A DNA stretch of 64,000 nucleotides, from assembly GCF_964194155.1 (NCBI RefSeq), contig NC_135914.1, positions 3,224,001 through 3,288,000 on the forward strand, in the 5' to 3' direction. Positions 35,280 through 48,459 of the stretch are shown here, piece after piece. The notes below the pieces were generated by a model. That model was not told where the DNA came from and did not search any database. It saw nothing but the letters and a program-made list of their open reading frames with translations. Origin of the DNA: Cetorhinus maximus. Its lineage: Eukaryota. Made by a program: the position numbers and the translations under genes. Within the stretch, counting starts at the first letter, position 1, and each line of letters begins with the position of its first letter.

Positions 35280-35785
35280 GGCCTTCCTCTAGGTACATCA
35301 GATATTGTGAGTTTGGCAGAGATGGTCCTTGAAACACACTGGGCCAAATTTCGGAGCTTGCTTCGAGCTACGGTGCCTTTCCCAAGCGAGGTGGTCGGCC
35401 ATGCAGGAATTTGTCAGGGTCTTTTTTAGGCTGTCCTTGTATCAGTTGTGCTGACCGCCTTGATGTTGTTTGCCTTGAGGCAGTTCCCCATGGAAGACCT
35501 GCTTGGAGATTCCATAGTCGTCCATGCAGCAGACATGGCCTGGCCCCCTAAGCTGAATTCCCTGGAGGATGGTCTCCATGCTGTTGAGTGCGGCATGATG
35601 GGGAAACTTGTTCATTGTGATTTTAACCTGCCGTTGCATTCTCGTGATGGGCCTCACGTGGTGGAAGTGCCTCCGGTGCTTTGATGTGGTGCCTATCACT
35701 GACCTAGGGTTCTGTGCCATACAGCAGGGTGGTACGGACAGCAGCCTGGTAAGAGTTTGATTTTAGTCTTCAGCTTGATGTCATG
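35280..35785 (-). mobile_element. RTE/BovB-like LINE C-terminal remnant
   Basis: ISKQVFHGELPQGKQHQGGQ...YKDSLK motif typical of the RTE clade. Confidence 0.65.
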
Positions 35786-35839
35786 CTGCTTCCAGACACA
35801 ACCAGAAATAATACAGTGGTTTCAGAACTCGATTACACA

Positions 35840-36615
35840 AGATATACAACAGAAGCAAGACATTCATCCCAGCCACTCCACACCAGTGTTTATGCTCCAT
35901 TTAAGCCTCCTCCCATCTTTTCTCATCTAAATCTACCATCAGAACCTTTCTCCCTCAAACACTTGTCTAGCTTCCCCTTAAATACATCTATACTATTCAC
36001 TTTAACTGTGGGAGCGAGTTTCACATTCTCACCACTCTCTGGGGCAAAGAGGTCTCCTGAATTTTCGATTTCTCCTATTATGACGGCCTCTAGTTCTGCT
36101 CCTCCCCACAAGACGAAACATTCCCTCTGCATCCACCCTATTGAAACCGTTCATCGTTTTAAAGATGTCAGTCGGGTCACCCCTTCCCCCCTCGGCCTTC
36201 TTTATCGAAGAACAGAGCCCCAGCCTGTCAATCCTTTCCAGATATGTCTACTCACTCATTTCTGGTATCATCCTTGCAAATCTCTGCACCGTCCCGTGTC
36301 TGTGTACCCCATTATAAAATGGCGACCAGAACCGCATGCGCTGCTCTAAGTCTGGACTAACCAAGATTCGATACAGGTTTAGCATCATCTCCATACTTTT
36401 CAATTCTATCCCTCTAGAAAATAAAGCCTAGTGCTTGATTTGCATTTTTTTTTATGGCCTTACTAACCTGTGGTGCAACTGTTAGTGACGGGTGCATTTA
36501 GAGATTCCCTCCATTCCTCTACCCCACCTCGACTCATACCTTCTCTATTCTTCCTGTCAAAATGTACGACCTCACATTTATCTGTGTTGAACTTCATTTG
36601 CCAATTCTCCCCAGG
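35840..36615 (-). mobile_element. Degraded CR1 3' fragment
   Basis: Similar to the other CR1 3' ends in the window. Confidence 0.65.
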
Positions 36616-36821
36616 TCTGATCTAACAAGCTGTGGCCGTACTGGAATGCGTATATTTAACTTGTTCACTACATTTGTGCACTGGCCCCGTTCATACCGCA
36701 GCTACTGGGATATCTGTGCCTTCATCTGACTGTGAGCACAGGGGTGTGTCACTATCACATGCACATACTGTTCCCTTGTTCGACATCATGAAAGAATCTA
36801 GCATTAGAAAAGAGAAGAGGT

Positions 36822-38414
36822 TCAATCCTGGATGTGATTCTCAGCAGCAACGCCAGAGTCCAACTTTGCCGATAACATGTGAAGTTGCTGGTGTCTCTGC
36901 AGGCTGGACGACTGAGAGAATCTCTTCTCACACACGGAGCAGCTGAACGGCCTCTCCCCGCTGTGGACACGATGGTGTCTCAGGAGGTGGGATGAATCAT
37001 TGAATCGCTTCCCACACACGGAGCAGGTGAACGACCTCTCCCCAGTGTGAGTGCGCTGGTGTCTCACCATGTCGGACGAATGAGTGAATCTCTTCCCGCA
37101 CACGGGGCAGGGGAACGGTCTCTCCCCCGTGTGAATGCGCTGGTGCTTCAGCAGGTCATTGCTTCTCTTGAAGGTCTTCTCACATTCCGAGCATTTGAAA
37201 GGCCTCTTATCGGAATGAACGCGTTGGTGTTCTGTGTATTGGGAGGACTGAGCGAATCTCTTCCCACACACAGAGCAGGTGAACGGCTTCTCCCCGGTGT
37301 GAGTGCGCCGGTGTCTCTGGAGGCTGGATGACTGAGTGAAACGTTTCCCACACACGGAGCAGCTGAACGCCCTCTCCCCGGTGTGGACAGGCCGGTGTTT
37401 CAGCAGGTGTTGTAGACAAGAAAATCCCTTCCCACAGTCGGGGCAAATGTACGGCCTCTCCCCGGTGTGAACACGCTCGTGTATCAAAAGATGGGACAAA
37501 CGAGGGAAACTCTTCCCGCACACGGTGCAGGTGAACGGCCTCTCCCCGGTGTGAACCCGCTGGTGTGTCAGCAGGTGGGACGACTGAGTGAATCTCTTCC
37601 CGCACACAGAGCAGGTGAACGGCCTCTCCCCTGTGTGAACGCGTTTGTGTGTCAGAAGGTCAGATGGGCGAGTGAAACCCTTCCCGCACACCGAGCAGAT
37701 GAACGGTCTCTCCCCTGTGTGAGCGCGTTTGTGCATCAGGAGATGGACTGAACGCGTGAATCCTTTCCCACACACGGAGCAGGTGAACAGCTGCTCCCCG
37801 GTGTGAACTTGCTTGTGCGTCAGAAGGTGGATCGAACGGGTGAATCCTTTCCCACAGACAGAGCAGATGAACGGCCTCTCCCCAGTGTGTGTGTACTGGT
37901 GTCTCAGGAGATCACTACTTCTCTTAAAGGTCTTCTCACATTCTAAGCACTTAAAAGGCCTCTTACCCGAGTGAACCAGTTGGTGGTCAGCGTAGTGGGA
38001 GAATTGCGAGAATCTCTTCTCGCACTGGGTGCAGCTGAAAGGCCTGTCCTTGGTGTGAACGCGCTGGTGCTCCGTGAGGTGCACTGACTGGCTGAACCTC
38101 TCCCCACAGTGAGAGCAGCCGAATGGTCTCTGGTGAGTGTGGAGGAGCTGGCGCTCTGCGAGATGGAAGGGCTGACCCAACTCCCTTCCGCAGCGGGAGC
38201 AACTGAGCGGTTTCTCGTCGGTGTGAACTCGCTGGTGCTGGGCCAGCTCCTCGGAGAGTTCAAAGCTGTCCCCACAGTCAACGCATCGGAAAGGCTCCTC
38301 GTCAATGTGATCAAGCTGGTGTGCCATGAGGTTGGATAAACAGATGAATCTCTTCCCGCACGCGGAGCAGGTGAACGGCGTCTCACTATTGTGGGTTTGC
38401 TGGCGAGTCAGCAT
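36822..38414 (-). CDS. C2H2 zinc-finger protein D, 18 fingers (17 intact) plus C-terminal tail, no KRAB
   Basis: Uninterrupted finger array; first in-frame ATG at 38414 (the ORF-track start at 38441 is TTG); acceptor TTTTACAG near 38663. Confidence 0.9.
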   Translation of the reverse strand: MLTRQQTHNSETPFTCSACGKRFICLSNLMAHQLDHIDEEPFRCVDCGDSFELSEELAQHQRVHTDEKPLSCSRCGRELGQPFHLAERQLLHTHQRPFGCSHCGERFSQSVHLTEHQRVHTKDRPFSCTQCEKRFSQFSHYADHQLVHSGKRPFKCLECEKTFKRSSDLLRHQYTHTGERPFICSVCGKGFTRSIHLLTHKQVHTGEQLFTCSVCGKGFTRSVHLLMHKRAHTGERPFICSVCGKGFTRPSDLLTHKRVHTGERPFTCSVCGKRFTQSSHLLTHQRVHTGERPFTCTVCGKSFPRLSHLLIHERVHTGERPYICPDCGKGFSCLQHLLKHRPVHTGERAFSCSVCGKRFTQSSSLQRHRRTHTGEKPFTCSVCGKRFAQSSQYTEHQRVHSDKRPFKCSECEKTFKRSNDLLKHQRIHTGERPFPCPVCGKRFTHSSDMVRHQRTHTGERSFTCSVCGKRFNDSSHLLRHHRVHSGERPFSCSVCEKRFSQSSSLQRHQQLHMLSAKLDSGVAAENHIQD

Positions 38415-38799
38415 TTCTGCTTTGTGTGGAATGCCTTCCAATAGGAGGAGCAGGTGAATGGCCTCTCACCAGTTTCCAGCTCTGTGCGCGCGCCTCGGTG
38501 TTCTTGTAATCACACTGATCGTTGAAAACTTTTCCCATGGACAAACATTTCCCCTTCCACATTCAATAATATCCTGGTCCTGATGAATTCAATGCCTCTG
38601 TCAGATCTTGGTGTGATGTTTGATTTGATTTTCCTCTCTGTAAATCCTGCCCATCTAATTCACTGTAAAAAGAGTCAAAAAAATCTTCACTGTAAGTACA
38701 GGATAGAAATTCAAAACAGTCAATTCTAGTTTCTATGGTACATGTTTCAGCCCACCCCAAAGCTGTAATAAAAACCCTCCATCTGTCTCCATTGGAAAG

Positions 38800-39245
38800 A
38801 GAACTGTCCAAGATGGCGGCTGCCGGGGAGGAAGACCCGCCTCCCTCACCAAGATGGCAACGTCCGGGCGGTTGCCCGGGTAACCCAGGCCTGTCACGGA
38901 GAAGGAAGCCCCCGCTTCCTTCACCAAGATGGCGACCAATGAGGGCCGCTGGCCCGGCTCTGTCCCTATGCGGTCAACCCGGAGTCCATGGACTCTTATT
39001 CCACTCAAGAGATATATAAACTCCCCAGGCCACCCGCGGTTTGTCGCCCCTCTCACCCCTCTTTCGTTGTTCACGCGCGGTTTCTAGGCCCCCCTGCTCC
39101 TCTTTGTTCACAAGCTCTTCCTCGCTCTCTCGCCATCACTCACATTGAGCATGCTCAGAGCACACACCGATCCTGCACCTGCGCACTGGGCTCCTACATT
39201 CATAGGGGACGTTCTGCAGGCCGCTTGGTATTCTGGGTAAATAAT
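38800..39245 (-). promoter_or_regulatory. CpG-island promoter and first exon of ZNF D
   Basis: Staf-like TTACCCAGAATACCAAGCG at 39222-39240; NRF1-like sites; three CAAGATGGC YY1 sites; X-box GTTGCCCGGGTAAC at 38871-38884. Confidence 0.72.
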
Positions 39246-39399
39246 CTGCCATTGACAGCTTGATTTAGTGACAAAAAAAATTAATGTTTCGGTATCCGAA
39301 TAGAGATTGGGGCCAGGGGCGCCATACGGAAAATAAGTACATAAATTATGTATAAACCCAAATGCCTGGATCGGCTGCTCTGATGAAGTCTACGCAATC

Positions 39400-40300
39400 C
39401 ACCCCCACCCCTCACCAATTTCAAATTGGAAAAAGGCTGCAAATGGTGATTCACAAGGATCAGTGCTAGCATCACTGTTATTCACAATTTACATTAATGA
39501 TTTGGACGTGGGAACAAGTAACTTAATGTCAAAATTTGTAGCTGATAACAAACTGCTGTGCATATGTAACACTGAGGAAGAATGCCGCATAATGCAAGTC
39601 GGGATTAGAAAGCTTGCAGACTGGCAAATGAGCTTTAACATAGATGACATGTGATGATGTAATTTGGTGAGAAAAGTACAAGCAACACATACATTTTAGA
39701 GAATAAGACAGTTAATGGGGTAGAACAGCAAAAAAACCTCGGAATACAGGTGAAGAAACAATGAAAAACATCATCACAGGTCAACAAATCAATTAAAATG
39801 CTCACAAATGGACTGATATTTTTTATAGGGATACAGAATTCGGAAACAGTGAAATTATGTTCAATTTGTATAAGATCCTATGCACAGTTCTGGTCTTTGT
39901 ACTATAGAAAGGACAAAGAAGCACTGGAAATTGACTTGAAAGGATGATGCCAGAACTGAGAGATTACAGTTATTGGGGGTAAAAGGTTGAGTTTTTTTCT
40001 CTTTAGAAAAGGGAAGACATAGGGGTGATAGAGGCCCTTAAATTTAAAAATGGGATGGAGAGGGTAGATATGGAGCCAATGTGGGAGAATCAAAAACTAT
40101 AGCCACAAGTACATGATAGTCACTAATAAATCCAACAGGGAAATAAGGATTTTTTTTCTCAATGAGGGTGGCTAGAATATGAAATTTGCTAGCATAAGAA
40201 ATGGTTGAGCTGAATAGCTTAAGATCCTTTCAAAAGGAAACTAGTTGAGCACACGAGAGAAAATGGATTTGAAAGATAAGCTGAGATGAGGTAGATGGCA
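39400..40300 (+). mobile_element. Old CR1 RT to 3' fragment
   Basis: LFTIYINDLD...SKFVADNKL. Confidence 0.7.
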
Positions 40301-40379
40301 AGGAAAGTGACTCATGTTGTATATAAATACCAGCAGAGGCTAGTTGAACTGAATGTTCGGTTACTGGACTCCATAGTCT

Positions 40380-41960
40380 CTGTAGTTCAAAGTAATCTCC
40401 TACCAGCTCCTGATCAGTATGTTCCACAACCATATGTACTGTGCATGGTCAGAGCAGTACCTCCCCTGTTGCCTGTTGGTGCCAGGGTTAAGGGTATCTC
40501 CTTGGGACTGGGGAGGAACTTGGGGTGGGAAGGGAAGGATCCAGTTGCCGTGGGCCACATGGATACCAATTATGTGGGTAGGAGTAAGAAAAAGGTTCTG
40601 CTGAGGGAATATGAGCATCTAGGTGTTAATTTTAAAAAAGCAGAACCTCAAAGGTAATAATCTCTGAATTACTAAATGAATAAAATTGGAATAGGGAAAA
40701 TAAGACCAGAGTGCTGAATGTGTGGCTCAAAGTCTCATGTGGGAGAAATGGATTTTAATGCATAAGGCACTGGCAACAGCACTGGGGAAAGAGGGAGCTG
40801 TACTGGTGGGAAGGCCTTTGCCCAAACTATATGGGACCAGTATCCTTGCAAATCATAATACCAGGACTGTAGTGAGGACTTTAAACTAAATAGTGGAGTG
40901 TTGGGGGGAGAGGGGGGGGGCTTGTTACGAGTCACTTAGGGGAGATTAAAGAGAAAGGACAAGGCAATAGTTCAGGGTAATGATACAGGTAATGATAATC
41001 AGTGTGCAACAGGAAGGGACAGATCATACAAACATAAATGCGCCCCAGCAAATAAACAAAAACAAAAGAGGCAGAATTAAAGGCCCTTTATCTGAATTCA
41101 TAACAAGATGAATAAATTGATAGCGTGAATAGAAGTAAATGAGTATGATATAATAACCATTATCGAGATGTGGCCAAAGCTGGGACCTGAATATGACTAT
41201 TCTGAAGGACAGGAGGAAAGAAAAAGGGAGGTGGGGTAGTTCTGTTAATAAAGGAAAAAAATACAGTAGTGAGAAATGATCTTAGTTCAGAAGATCAAGA
41301 TGTAGAATCAATCTGGATGGAGGTAAGAAATAGTAAAGTAAATAAGTCACTTCTGGCAGTAGTTTATAGGCCCCCTTACAATAGCTACACGGTAAGACAG
41401 AGAATACATCAATATATAATTGGTGCTTGCAAGAAAGGTACTGCAATAATCATGGGTGACTTCAATTTCCACATCAGTTGGACATATCAAATTGGCAACG
41501 GTAGTCTGGAGGATGAGTTCATACAGTGTATTTTGGAAAGTTTCTCAGAACAATACATTCTGGAACCTACCAGGCCATTTTAAATCTGGTAATGTGTAAT
41601 GAAACTGAAATTAATTAAGGATCTCATAGTAAAGGATCCTCTAGGCAAAAGTGATCATAACACGATAGAATGTCACATTCAGTTTGAGAGTGAGAAATGT
41701 GGATCCATAACTAGTTTCATAACCTTAAATAAAGGCAATTACAAGGGTTATGGAGACAGAGTTGGCTGCAGGGATAGACGTTTAAGGAGATATTTCATAA
41801 CTCTGAACAAAGATATATTCCATTGAGGAAGAAAGACTCCAGCAGAAAGATGTATAATCCGTGGCTGACTGAGGAAGTTAAGGGTGGTATCAAATCGAAA
41901 GAGAAGTCATACAATGCTGCAAATATTATTGGTAGGTCAGAAGACTAGGAAAGATTTTAA
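40380..41960 (+). mobile_element. CR1 fragment (ORF1 esterase remnant plus APE)
   Basis: HMDTNYVG, VVYRPP, IIMGDFN and LGKSDHN motifs. Confidence 0.78.
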
Positions 41961-41964
41961 ATTC

Positions 41965-42880
41965 ATACAAACATGGAGCAAGCATAGGCTACTCAGCCCC
42001 TTGATCCTGCTCCGCCATTCAATAAGATCATGGCTGATCTGATTGTAACCTCCTGCCTACCCCAATAACCTTTCACTACCTTCTGCCTTAAATATATTCA
42101 AAGACTGCTCCCAATGCCTTTTGAGGATGGGAGTTCCAAAGACTCAGTACCCTCTGAAAGAAAAATATTCTCCTCATCTCTATCTTACATGGGCAAGCCC
42201 TTATTTTTAAACAGTGACCCCTAGTTCTAGATTCTCCCACGAGAGGAAACATCCTCTCCATGTCCACCCTGTCAAGACCCCTCAGGACCTTAAAGGTTTC
42301 AATCAAGTCACCTCCTACTTTTCTATACTCCAGCAGATACAAGCCTAGCCTGTCCAACCTTTCCTTATAAACCAACCCTCCCAATCCAGATATTAGTTTG
42401 GTAAACCTTCTCTAAACTGCTTCTAATCCATTTACATCCTTCCTTAAATAAGAATACTATACACAGTACTCCAGAAGTGGTCTCACCAGTGCCTTGTCCA
42501 ACTGAAGCATAACCTCCATGTTTTTATATTCAATTCCGCAATAAGCAGTAACATTCCATTAGATTTCCTAATTACTTGCTGTACCTGCATATGTGATTCA
42601 TGCACTAGGACACCCAGATCCCTCTGCATCTCAGAGCTCTGCAATCTCTCACCATTTAGATAATATGTTCCTTGTTTTATTCTTCCTGCCAAAATGGATA
42701 ATTTCACACTTGCCCACATTTGTAGCCTCCTTATGTCCTCTTCACAATTTACTCTCCTATCTACCCTTGTGTCATCAGCAAATTAGCAACTCGACCATTG
42801 GTTCCTTCTTCCAAGTCATTTATATAAACTGTAAAAATCTGAGGCCCCAGCACTGATCCCTGTGGCACACCACTCATTAG
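41965..42880 (-). mobile_element. CR1 RT to 3' end
   Basis: GDLIETFKVLRGLDRVD...SRTRGH. Confidence 0.82.
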
Positions 42881-43214
42881 AGTGCCTAGAATAACAGTAT
42901 CAAAGGTAAATAATTGGCCAGTTTTGTGGGAGAGTTAGACATTTAAACTATTGTTATGACCTGTGGAGAACAGGGCTAGAATTGACTGTGCACTCTCCCA
43001 TCATGGTCCATAACATTATGTATGTCTTTCTGTATTATGCTTATGTATCATATATCAACTGTTGCTTCATAATAAAACACTTTAAAATCACTATGACTTC
43101 AACCCCCTTTTGCGTAATCTGTGACCCCCAGACTAAGAAGTGTAAGCGCGTGTCCATGAGAGTAACTGAAGGTACGAGAACTGAAATATAACGCAGAGTA
43201 ATGATAAGGTGTTA

Positions 43215-44705
43215 ATTGTGGCTCACTGGTTGCTTTATCTCTGAATCAGGAGGCTGTGGGTTCAAATTCATGTCCAGAAACATGAGCACATAAAATCTAG
43301 TCCCTCACCCTATATTTTTATGACATATATATATATATATATATATTATATATACACAATTACTATATATATATGTACATCAAGATGGCTACTTCCGAAA
43401 ATTTTAAAAACTGGACAAAGACTTTAAAAAGGCTGAAGCCAAGTCTGCCTATAACCCTGAACAATAAGAGCTCATCTAGCAGCATCTGAAGCGACACTAA
43501 CAACTCTGTGGACTGCAGAGGTCAAATACAAAGGGAATTATACAAAGGCCATCTACATTTCCTGAGCCAGGCCTGGCCAACAGAGATTGCCAGTCTGCTA
43601 GGACAAAGGACCCTGCACCTTTCCTTTCAAATTCTTAACGGTTGAAACATTAATAATCCCAAGAATCCAGGCAGAGGGATATAAGTCCTTTGTCAAAGCC
43701 AAAGTAGACAGGTGGGAGTCATGTGATCTTACCCCCTAGCTGCAGGAACCTGTAACACTGTCTTGCTGTGCTGCCAGTCAGTCCGCTATTCTCCATGTAG
43801 CAAGCAGCAGCTCAGAAAAAGGGCTCAGTCCAGGTTTGAATACCTAGCTCCCCATCTACACCGTTTCTACTGGTACTTCCGTACCAGTGCCTACAAGACT
43901 AATTCATTTCTACGTACTTAACACATCGTGGAAGTCATCACTACTGGAAAAGTAAATTATCCAACATCAGTCTTCATCCTGCTGACCTCTGTGAAAGAAT
44001 ACACCATTGGACTTTGTTCTAGACTCTGCACATATGTGAAACACTAATTCTTTATTCTGTGGTCTTTGCCCTGAAAACCATTCTTTCTTTATTCCCCCTC
44101 TTTAATTGTACGAGTGAAAAAGGCCACGTTGCTCCCCTACTCACGTGTTTGAGTGCGCACAAATAAACTAACCCTCTGAGTTTATCCTATCTTGAGTTTG
44201 CTGTGGGGTTATGAATAGAAATTGGATCACACCAAAACTGAGGGGTTGGAAAATACGGCACACCTTTAAAAAGGGGGAAATCAAAATCAAAATACCTTTC
44301 TGTTTACCGTCAGATGGTGCGAGAAGAAATCAGGGCTGTTTAAATTAGACCCCCTCCTGTCCGTAACACCAGGTTGATAATCTGATGCGGTACTGAGAGA
44401 GCACGGCACTGTCAGAGATCCTGTCTTTTAGATGAGGCCTTCAACTATGGTCCCATTTGCCCTCTCAGTTGGGTATAAGAGATCCCATGCAGCTATTCCA
44501 AAGAGCAGGAGATGTCTGCCTGGTGTACTGCACAATATTTGCCCCTCAACATATACCAACGAACAGATTATCTGGTCACATTTCTATTTGTGACAACTTG
44601 TCCCACATTACAATAGTGACTACACTTCAAAAGAACTTGATTGGCTGTGAAGCACTTGGAACATCCTGAAGTTGTGAAAGGCGCTATATAAATACAAGTC
44701 CTCCA
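43215..44705 (+). mobile_element. Deu-type SINE split by an LTR-like insertion
   Basis: Head GTGGGTTCAAAT at 43256; body resumes at 44369; L2-like tail GAAAGGCGCTATATAAAT. Confidence 0.6.
43301..44368 (+). mobile_element. Solo LTR-like element containing (TA)n
   Basis: TATA box GATATAAG near 43678; AATAAA near 44162; ends CGTAACA; flanks CTAG and CCAG. Confidence 0.55.
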
Positions 44706-44956
44706 TTAACAAAGGCCCAAAAATGGAACAGTCTTACAGGACATTAATCAGTCTCTTATCTGAAAGAAATCAGGGACTCGAACAGTGTTTGATGCAAAGC
44801 TGATTTATTTAACCTGTATCCAGAATATTAAATCCCAGCTCAGTTACAGGATTTATTAGCATCAACAGAATAAACTCCCAACTGTCAGAATGAAAATGTT
44901 TCGGTCCTCCATTTGATTAACAGCAGCAATAACAGCAGAATCCAACCCCTGCAGTG

Positions 44957-45715
44957 TCATTTGTGAACTTGCTGGTGTCTCAGCAGGTTGGATGAACGAG
45001 TGAAGCTCTTCCTACATGTGGAACAAGCGAATGGCCTTTCCCCAGTGTGAACTCGCTGGTGTGTCAGCAGGTGGGATGACTGAGTGAATCCCTTCCCACA
45101 CTCGGAGCAGATGAAAGGCCTCTCTCCAGTGTGAACTCGCTGGTGTTTCAGTCGAAGGAACGGGTGAGTGAATCCCTTCCCACACTCGGAGCAAGTGAAT
45201 GGTCTCTCTCCAGTGTGAGTGCGCTGGTGAGTCAGCAGATCCATTTTGCCTTTAAAGCTCTTCGCACAGTCGGAACATTTAAAAGGTTTCTTGTCAGAGT
45301 GAACACGTTGGTGTGAGGTGAGGCTGGTTAGCTGGGTGAATCTCGCCCCACACTCGGGGCAGGTGAATGGTTTCTCCCCGGTGTGAATGCGCTGGTGTGT
45401 CAGCAGAATCTTTTTGCTTTTAAAGCTCTTCCCACAGTCGGAACAATGAAAAGGTTTCTTGTCAGAGTGAACAAGTTGGTGTGAAGTGAGGTGGGTTAGC
45501 TGAGTGAATCCCTTCCCACACTTGGAGCAGGTGAACGGTTTCTCCCCGGAGTGAATTCTCCGGTGTTTATGTAAGCCGGATGATTGAGTGAATCCCTTCC
45601 CACACTCGGAGCAGATGAACGGCCTCTCCCCAGTGTGACTGCGCCAGTGGATTTCCAAATCAGATGGGGATCTGAATCCCTTCCCACAGTCTCCACATTT
45701 CCACGGTTTCTCCAT
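44957..45715 (-). CDS. C2H2 zinc-finger protein E, 9 fingers, no KRAB
   Basis: accATGg start ([10 protein letters not shown]); nine fingers; acceptor TTTTGCAG near 46072; AATAAA-like signal near 44805. Confidence 0.9.
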   Translation of the reverse strand: MEKPWKCGDCGKGFRSPSDLEIHWRSHTGERPFICSECGKGFTQSSGLHKHRRIHSGEKPFTCSKCGKGFTQLTHLTSHQLVHSDKKPFHCSDCGKSFKSKKILLTHQRIHTGEKPFTCPECGARFTQLTSLTSHQRVHSDKKPFKCSDCAKSFKGKMDLLTHQRTHTGERPFTCSECGKGFTHPFLRLKHQRVHTGERPFICSECGKGFTQSSHLLTHQRVHTGERPFACSTCRKSFTRSSNLLRHQQVHK

Positions 45716-46439
45716 GGTTCAGGTGTCTCTCCAGGTGGATGATCTGTTGAAGCCTCGCCCTCACACAGAACAGCTGTGTGGTTTCTCCCCGCTGTGAATG
45801 GTGCAATGTTTTTTTCAGGCTGTGTAACTGCTTAAAGCTCCTTCCACAGTCAGTGCACTGGAACACTCTCACTCGGGTGTGTGCGTCTGTCGGTGCTTTT
45901 CCAGGCACACTGATGTCCGAAATCTATTTCCACTGACTGAACAGGCAAACATTTCTCCTTCTACATTCAAAGGCCGATGATATTCAGGTCCTGATGAATC
46001 GAGAGATTCTGTCAGATCTTGACATGATGTTTGGTTTGAGTTTCCCGTCTGTAAACCCTCTCCTAAGATCCTGCAAAAGAACTTTAGAAAAGTTATCACT
46101 GTAAGTACGGGATAGATATTCAGAAATGACAATCCTATTTTTAAAGGAACTTTCTTTTCTCTCTTACTCTCCCAAGTATGTGGTCCAATCAGATGGTAAG
46201 AAGCCAAAATAAGCAACAAAGTCCCAACAAAGCAAAGGGAAAGCTAAAAGCAAAATATTGCAGATGCTGGAAATCTGAAACAAAAACAAAAATTGCTGGA
46301 AAAACTCAGCATGGACTGCAAGCTCTCACACTGAATATCTCCATGGCCCATGGACTCCTCCAGGCTGCAATCATCAAGTGCAGCCTGGGAGTAGGTGAAG
46401 TTTTTGCCAAAATAATGCTTTATGGGGCACTAGGACCCG

Positions 46440-46850
46440 GTTGGGAAACAGAGACCCTGAAGCCCCACCCGCTCCCCATTGCGTCACCAAAATGGCCGCA
46501 CATGCGCTCTGCTTCCCTGCTGAAACAAGATGGCGCCCGTTAAGCTGGGACTCTTCCGGGGCGGGGGGTTGTGGGGTGCGAAGCCCCGAAGCTGCAAAGC
46601 GGGACAGGCAGGTCCTTGCGGCCCACGCCGGGTGGTTACAAACTCTCCCTCTCCAGCGACGGCTCCGCTGCTCCCTCTTTTCCGACGAGCTTACCGCCCA
46701 AGTATCCGACAAACAAGGGGCTCGCCATCGCCATTCCTGCTACTGCGCATGCTCCCTACTTGTGGGTGGCCCCCTGCGCCTGCGCACTGATCCCGTCTCT
46801 GGAGAGGGGACATGCTCCACCGCGAGGCATGCTGGGTAACATGGCACATG
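46440..46850 (-). promoter_or_regulatory. CpG-island promoter and first exon of ZNF E
   Basis: Staf consensus match TTACCCAGCATGCCTCGCG at 46821-46839; NRF1 TGCGCAGGCGCA; donor G|GTAAGC near 46694; YY1 sites near 46488 and 46526. Confidence 0.75.
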
Positions 46851-47002
46851 CTTGCCAAGTCTCCAGTTTAGTCCCCAATTCACTGCAAGATTTTCAGTAA
46901 AAATGGAAAGTCATATATTTAATCATCTAAATATGACCCAGAGCAGATGCACCCCCTGTATCGAAGAGGTAATTCCACAACTATTGTTAATACTTCAGTC
47001 CC

Positions 47003-47106
47003 ATGCTCCCCAGTGTGACTGCGCCAATGAATTTCCAGATCAGGTGGGGATCTGAATCCCTTCCCACAGTCTCCACATTTCCACGGTTTCTCCATGCTCC
47101 AGGTGT
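47003..47106 (-). pseudogene. One-finger duplicate of the ZNF E start
   Basis: [30 protein letters not shown], near-identical to 45625-45727. Confidence 0.8.
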
Positions 47107-47900
47107 CATATAACACCTGTACACCCCTATGGTTGTAAAAGAGCAGATCCTGTGGCTCAACATGAGCTCTACCTTGGTGCTGTAGGGCCATGTGATCCCC
47201 TGCAGACCCTTACTTAGGCTTGGAGCCATACTCTGGACAAACAGGGATGAGTGACTCAATACCAAATAATGTGTGAAAACAGCAGTTTTATCAAGCAATT
47301 ACTGGTGATTATAAAAGGAAAGAAAGATAGCTTTATTAAAAAGAAAGAAAAAAACACTTTAGTTTAATATATATACAAAGGAAGAGAGACAACTTTATTG
47401 TAGCACAAATGTTAGCCCCAAATTGGTCTGTTCAAGGCAATTCCCCAAAATGGTAAAACAACCCCAAATCAGTCTGTTCGAGACAGCTCCCTAAATTGGT
47501 AGTTTCCCTTGGTTCATACATCACCAAGTCTCCGAATATCCTTGCACTGGGTGGGTGGACTTTCCAGTCAGTCACTCTGTCAACTTCCTTTCCTCCATAA
47601 TCTTCAGTGGATGACTAGACCACTCCGTGCTGCAGCCCCGAATGCTCGATGCTGTGCCCCCTTAAGTCCAATTTCTGGCTCCATTCCAGCCTTCAGAGGT
47701 CTCCACCCAGACTTTCTCAAAACAAGAGTCTGACAGCCATGAATCCTTATCAAATTCTTTGTACCGGCATGGCAGGGCTTGCAAGGCTCCACAGTATTTG
47801 GGCTATTTACACATCTCTTCAATGGTGCGTCCTATCTACCATCAATTGGGTTACACTGTCCATCAACTAAACTCCATCCCCTGATTCCACACCATAGTTG
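47104..47900 (-). mobile_element. Possible LTR or ERV-like remnant
   Basis: Begins TGTCATA like the other LTR termini; minus-strand AATAAA signals; other end not found. Confidence 0.3.
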
Positions 47901-48459
47901 ACCACTCAATGTGCAATGTTAGACGAACATATGTACACACGAACATACGAATTAGGAGCAGGAGTAGGCCCTTGGCACCTCGAGCCTGCTCTGCCATCAA
48001 TAAGATCATGGCTGATCTGACTGTAACTTCTGCTCCACATTCCTGCTTACCCCAAAAACATTTCACCCTCTTGCTTATCAAGATTCTATCTACCTCTGCC
48101 TTAAAAATATTCAAAGACTCTGTTTCTACCGCCTTTTGAGGAAGAGAGTCCCAAAGACTCACTGCCCTCTGAGAGAAAAAATTCCTCCTCATCTCTGTCT
48201 TAAATGGGCGACCCATTATTTTTAAACAGTGGCACCTATTTCTGGATACTCCCAGAAGAGGAAACATCCTATCCACATCCACCCTGTCAAGACCCCTCAG
48301 GATCTTATATGTTTCAATCAAGTCGCCTCTTACTCTTCTAAACTCCAGTGGATACAAGCCCAGCCTGTCCAACCTTTCCTCATAAGACAACCCGCCCATT
48401 CCAGGTATTAGTCCAGTAAACTTCTCAGAACTGCTTCCACCGCATTTACATCCTTATAG

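Noticed and set aside
37047-38386. Overlapping alternative-frame and antisense ORFs over ZNF D (and the other ZNFs)
   Set aside because: Expected shadows of the repetitive finger codon pattern
40380-42880. Twin-primed (5'-inverted) CR1 insertion
   Set aside because: Geometry is wrong, because the minus-strand 3' tail abuts the plus-strand piece; better explained as two insertions
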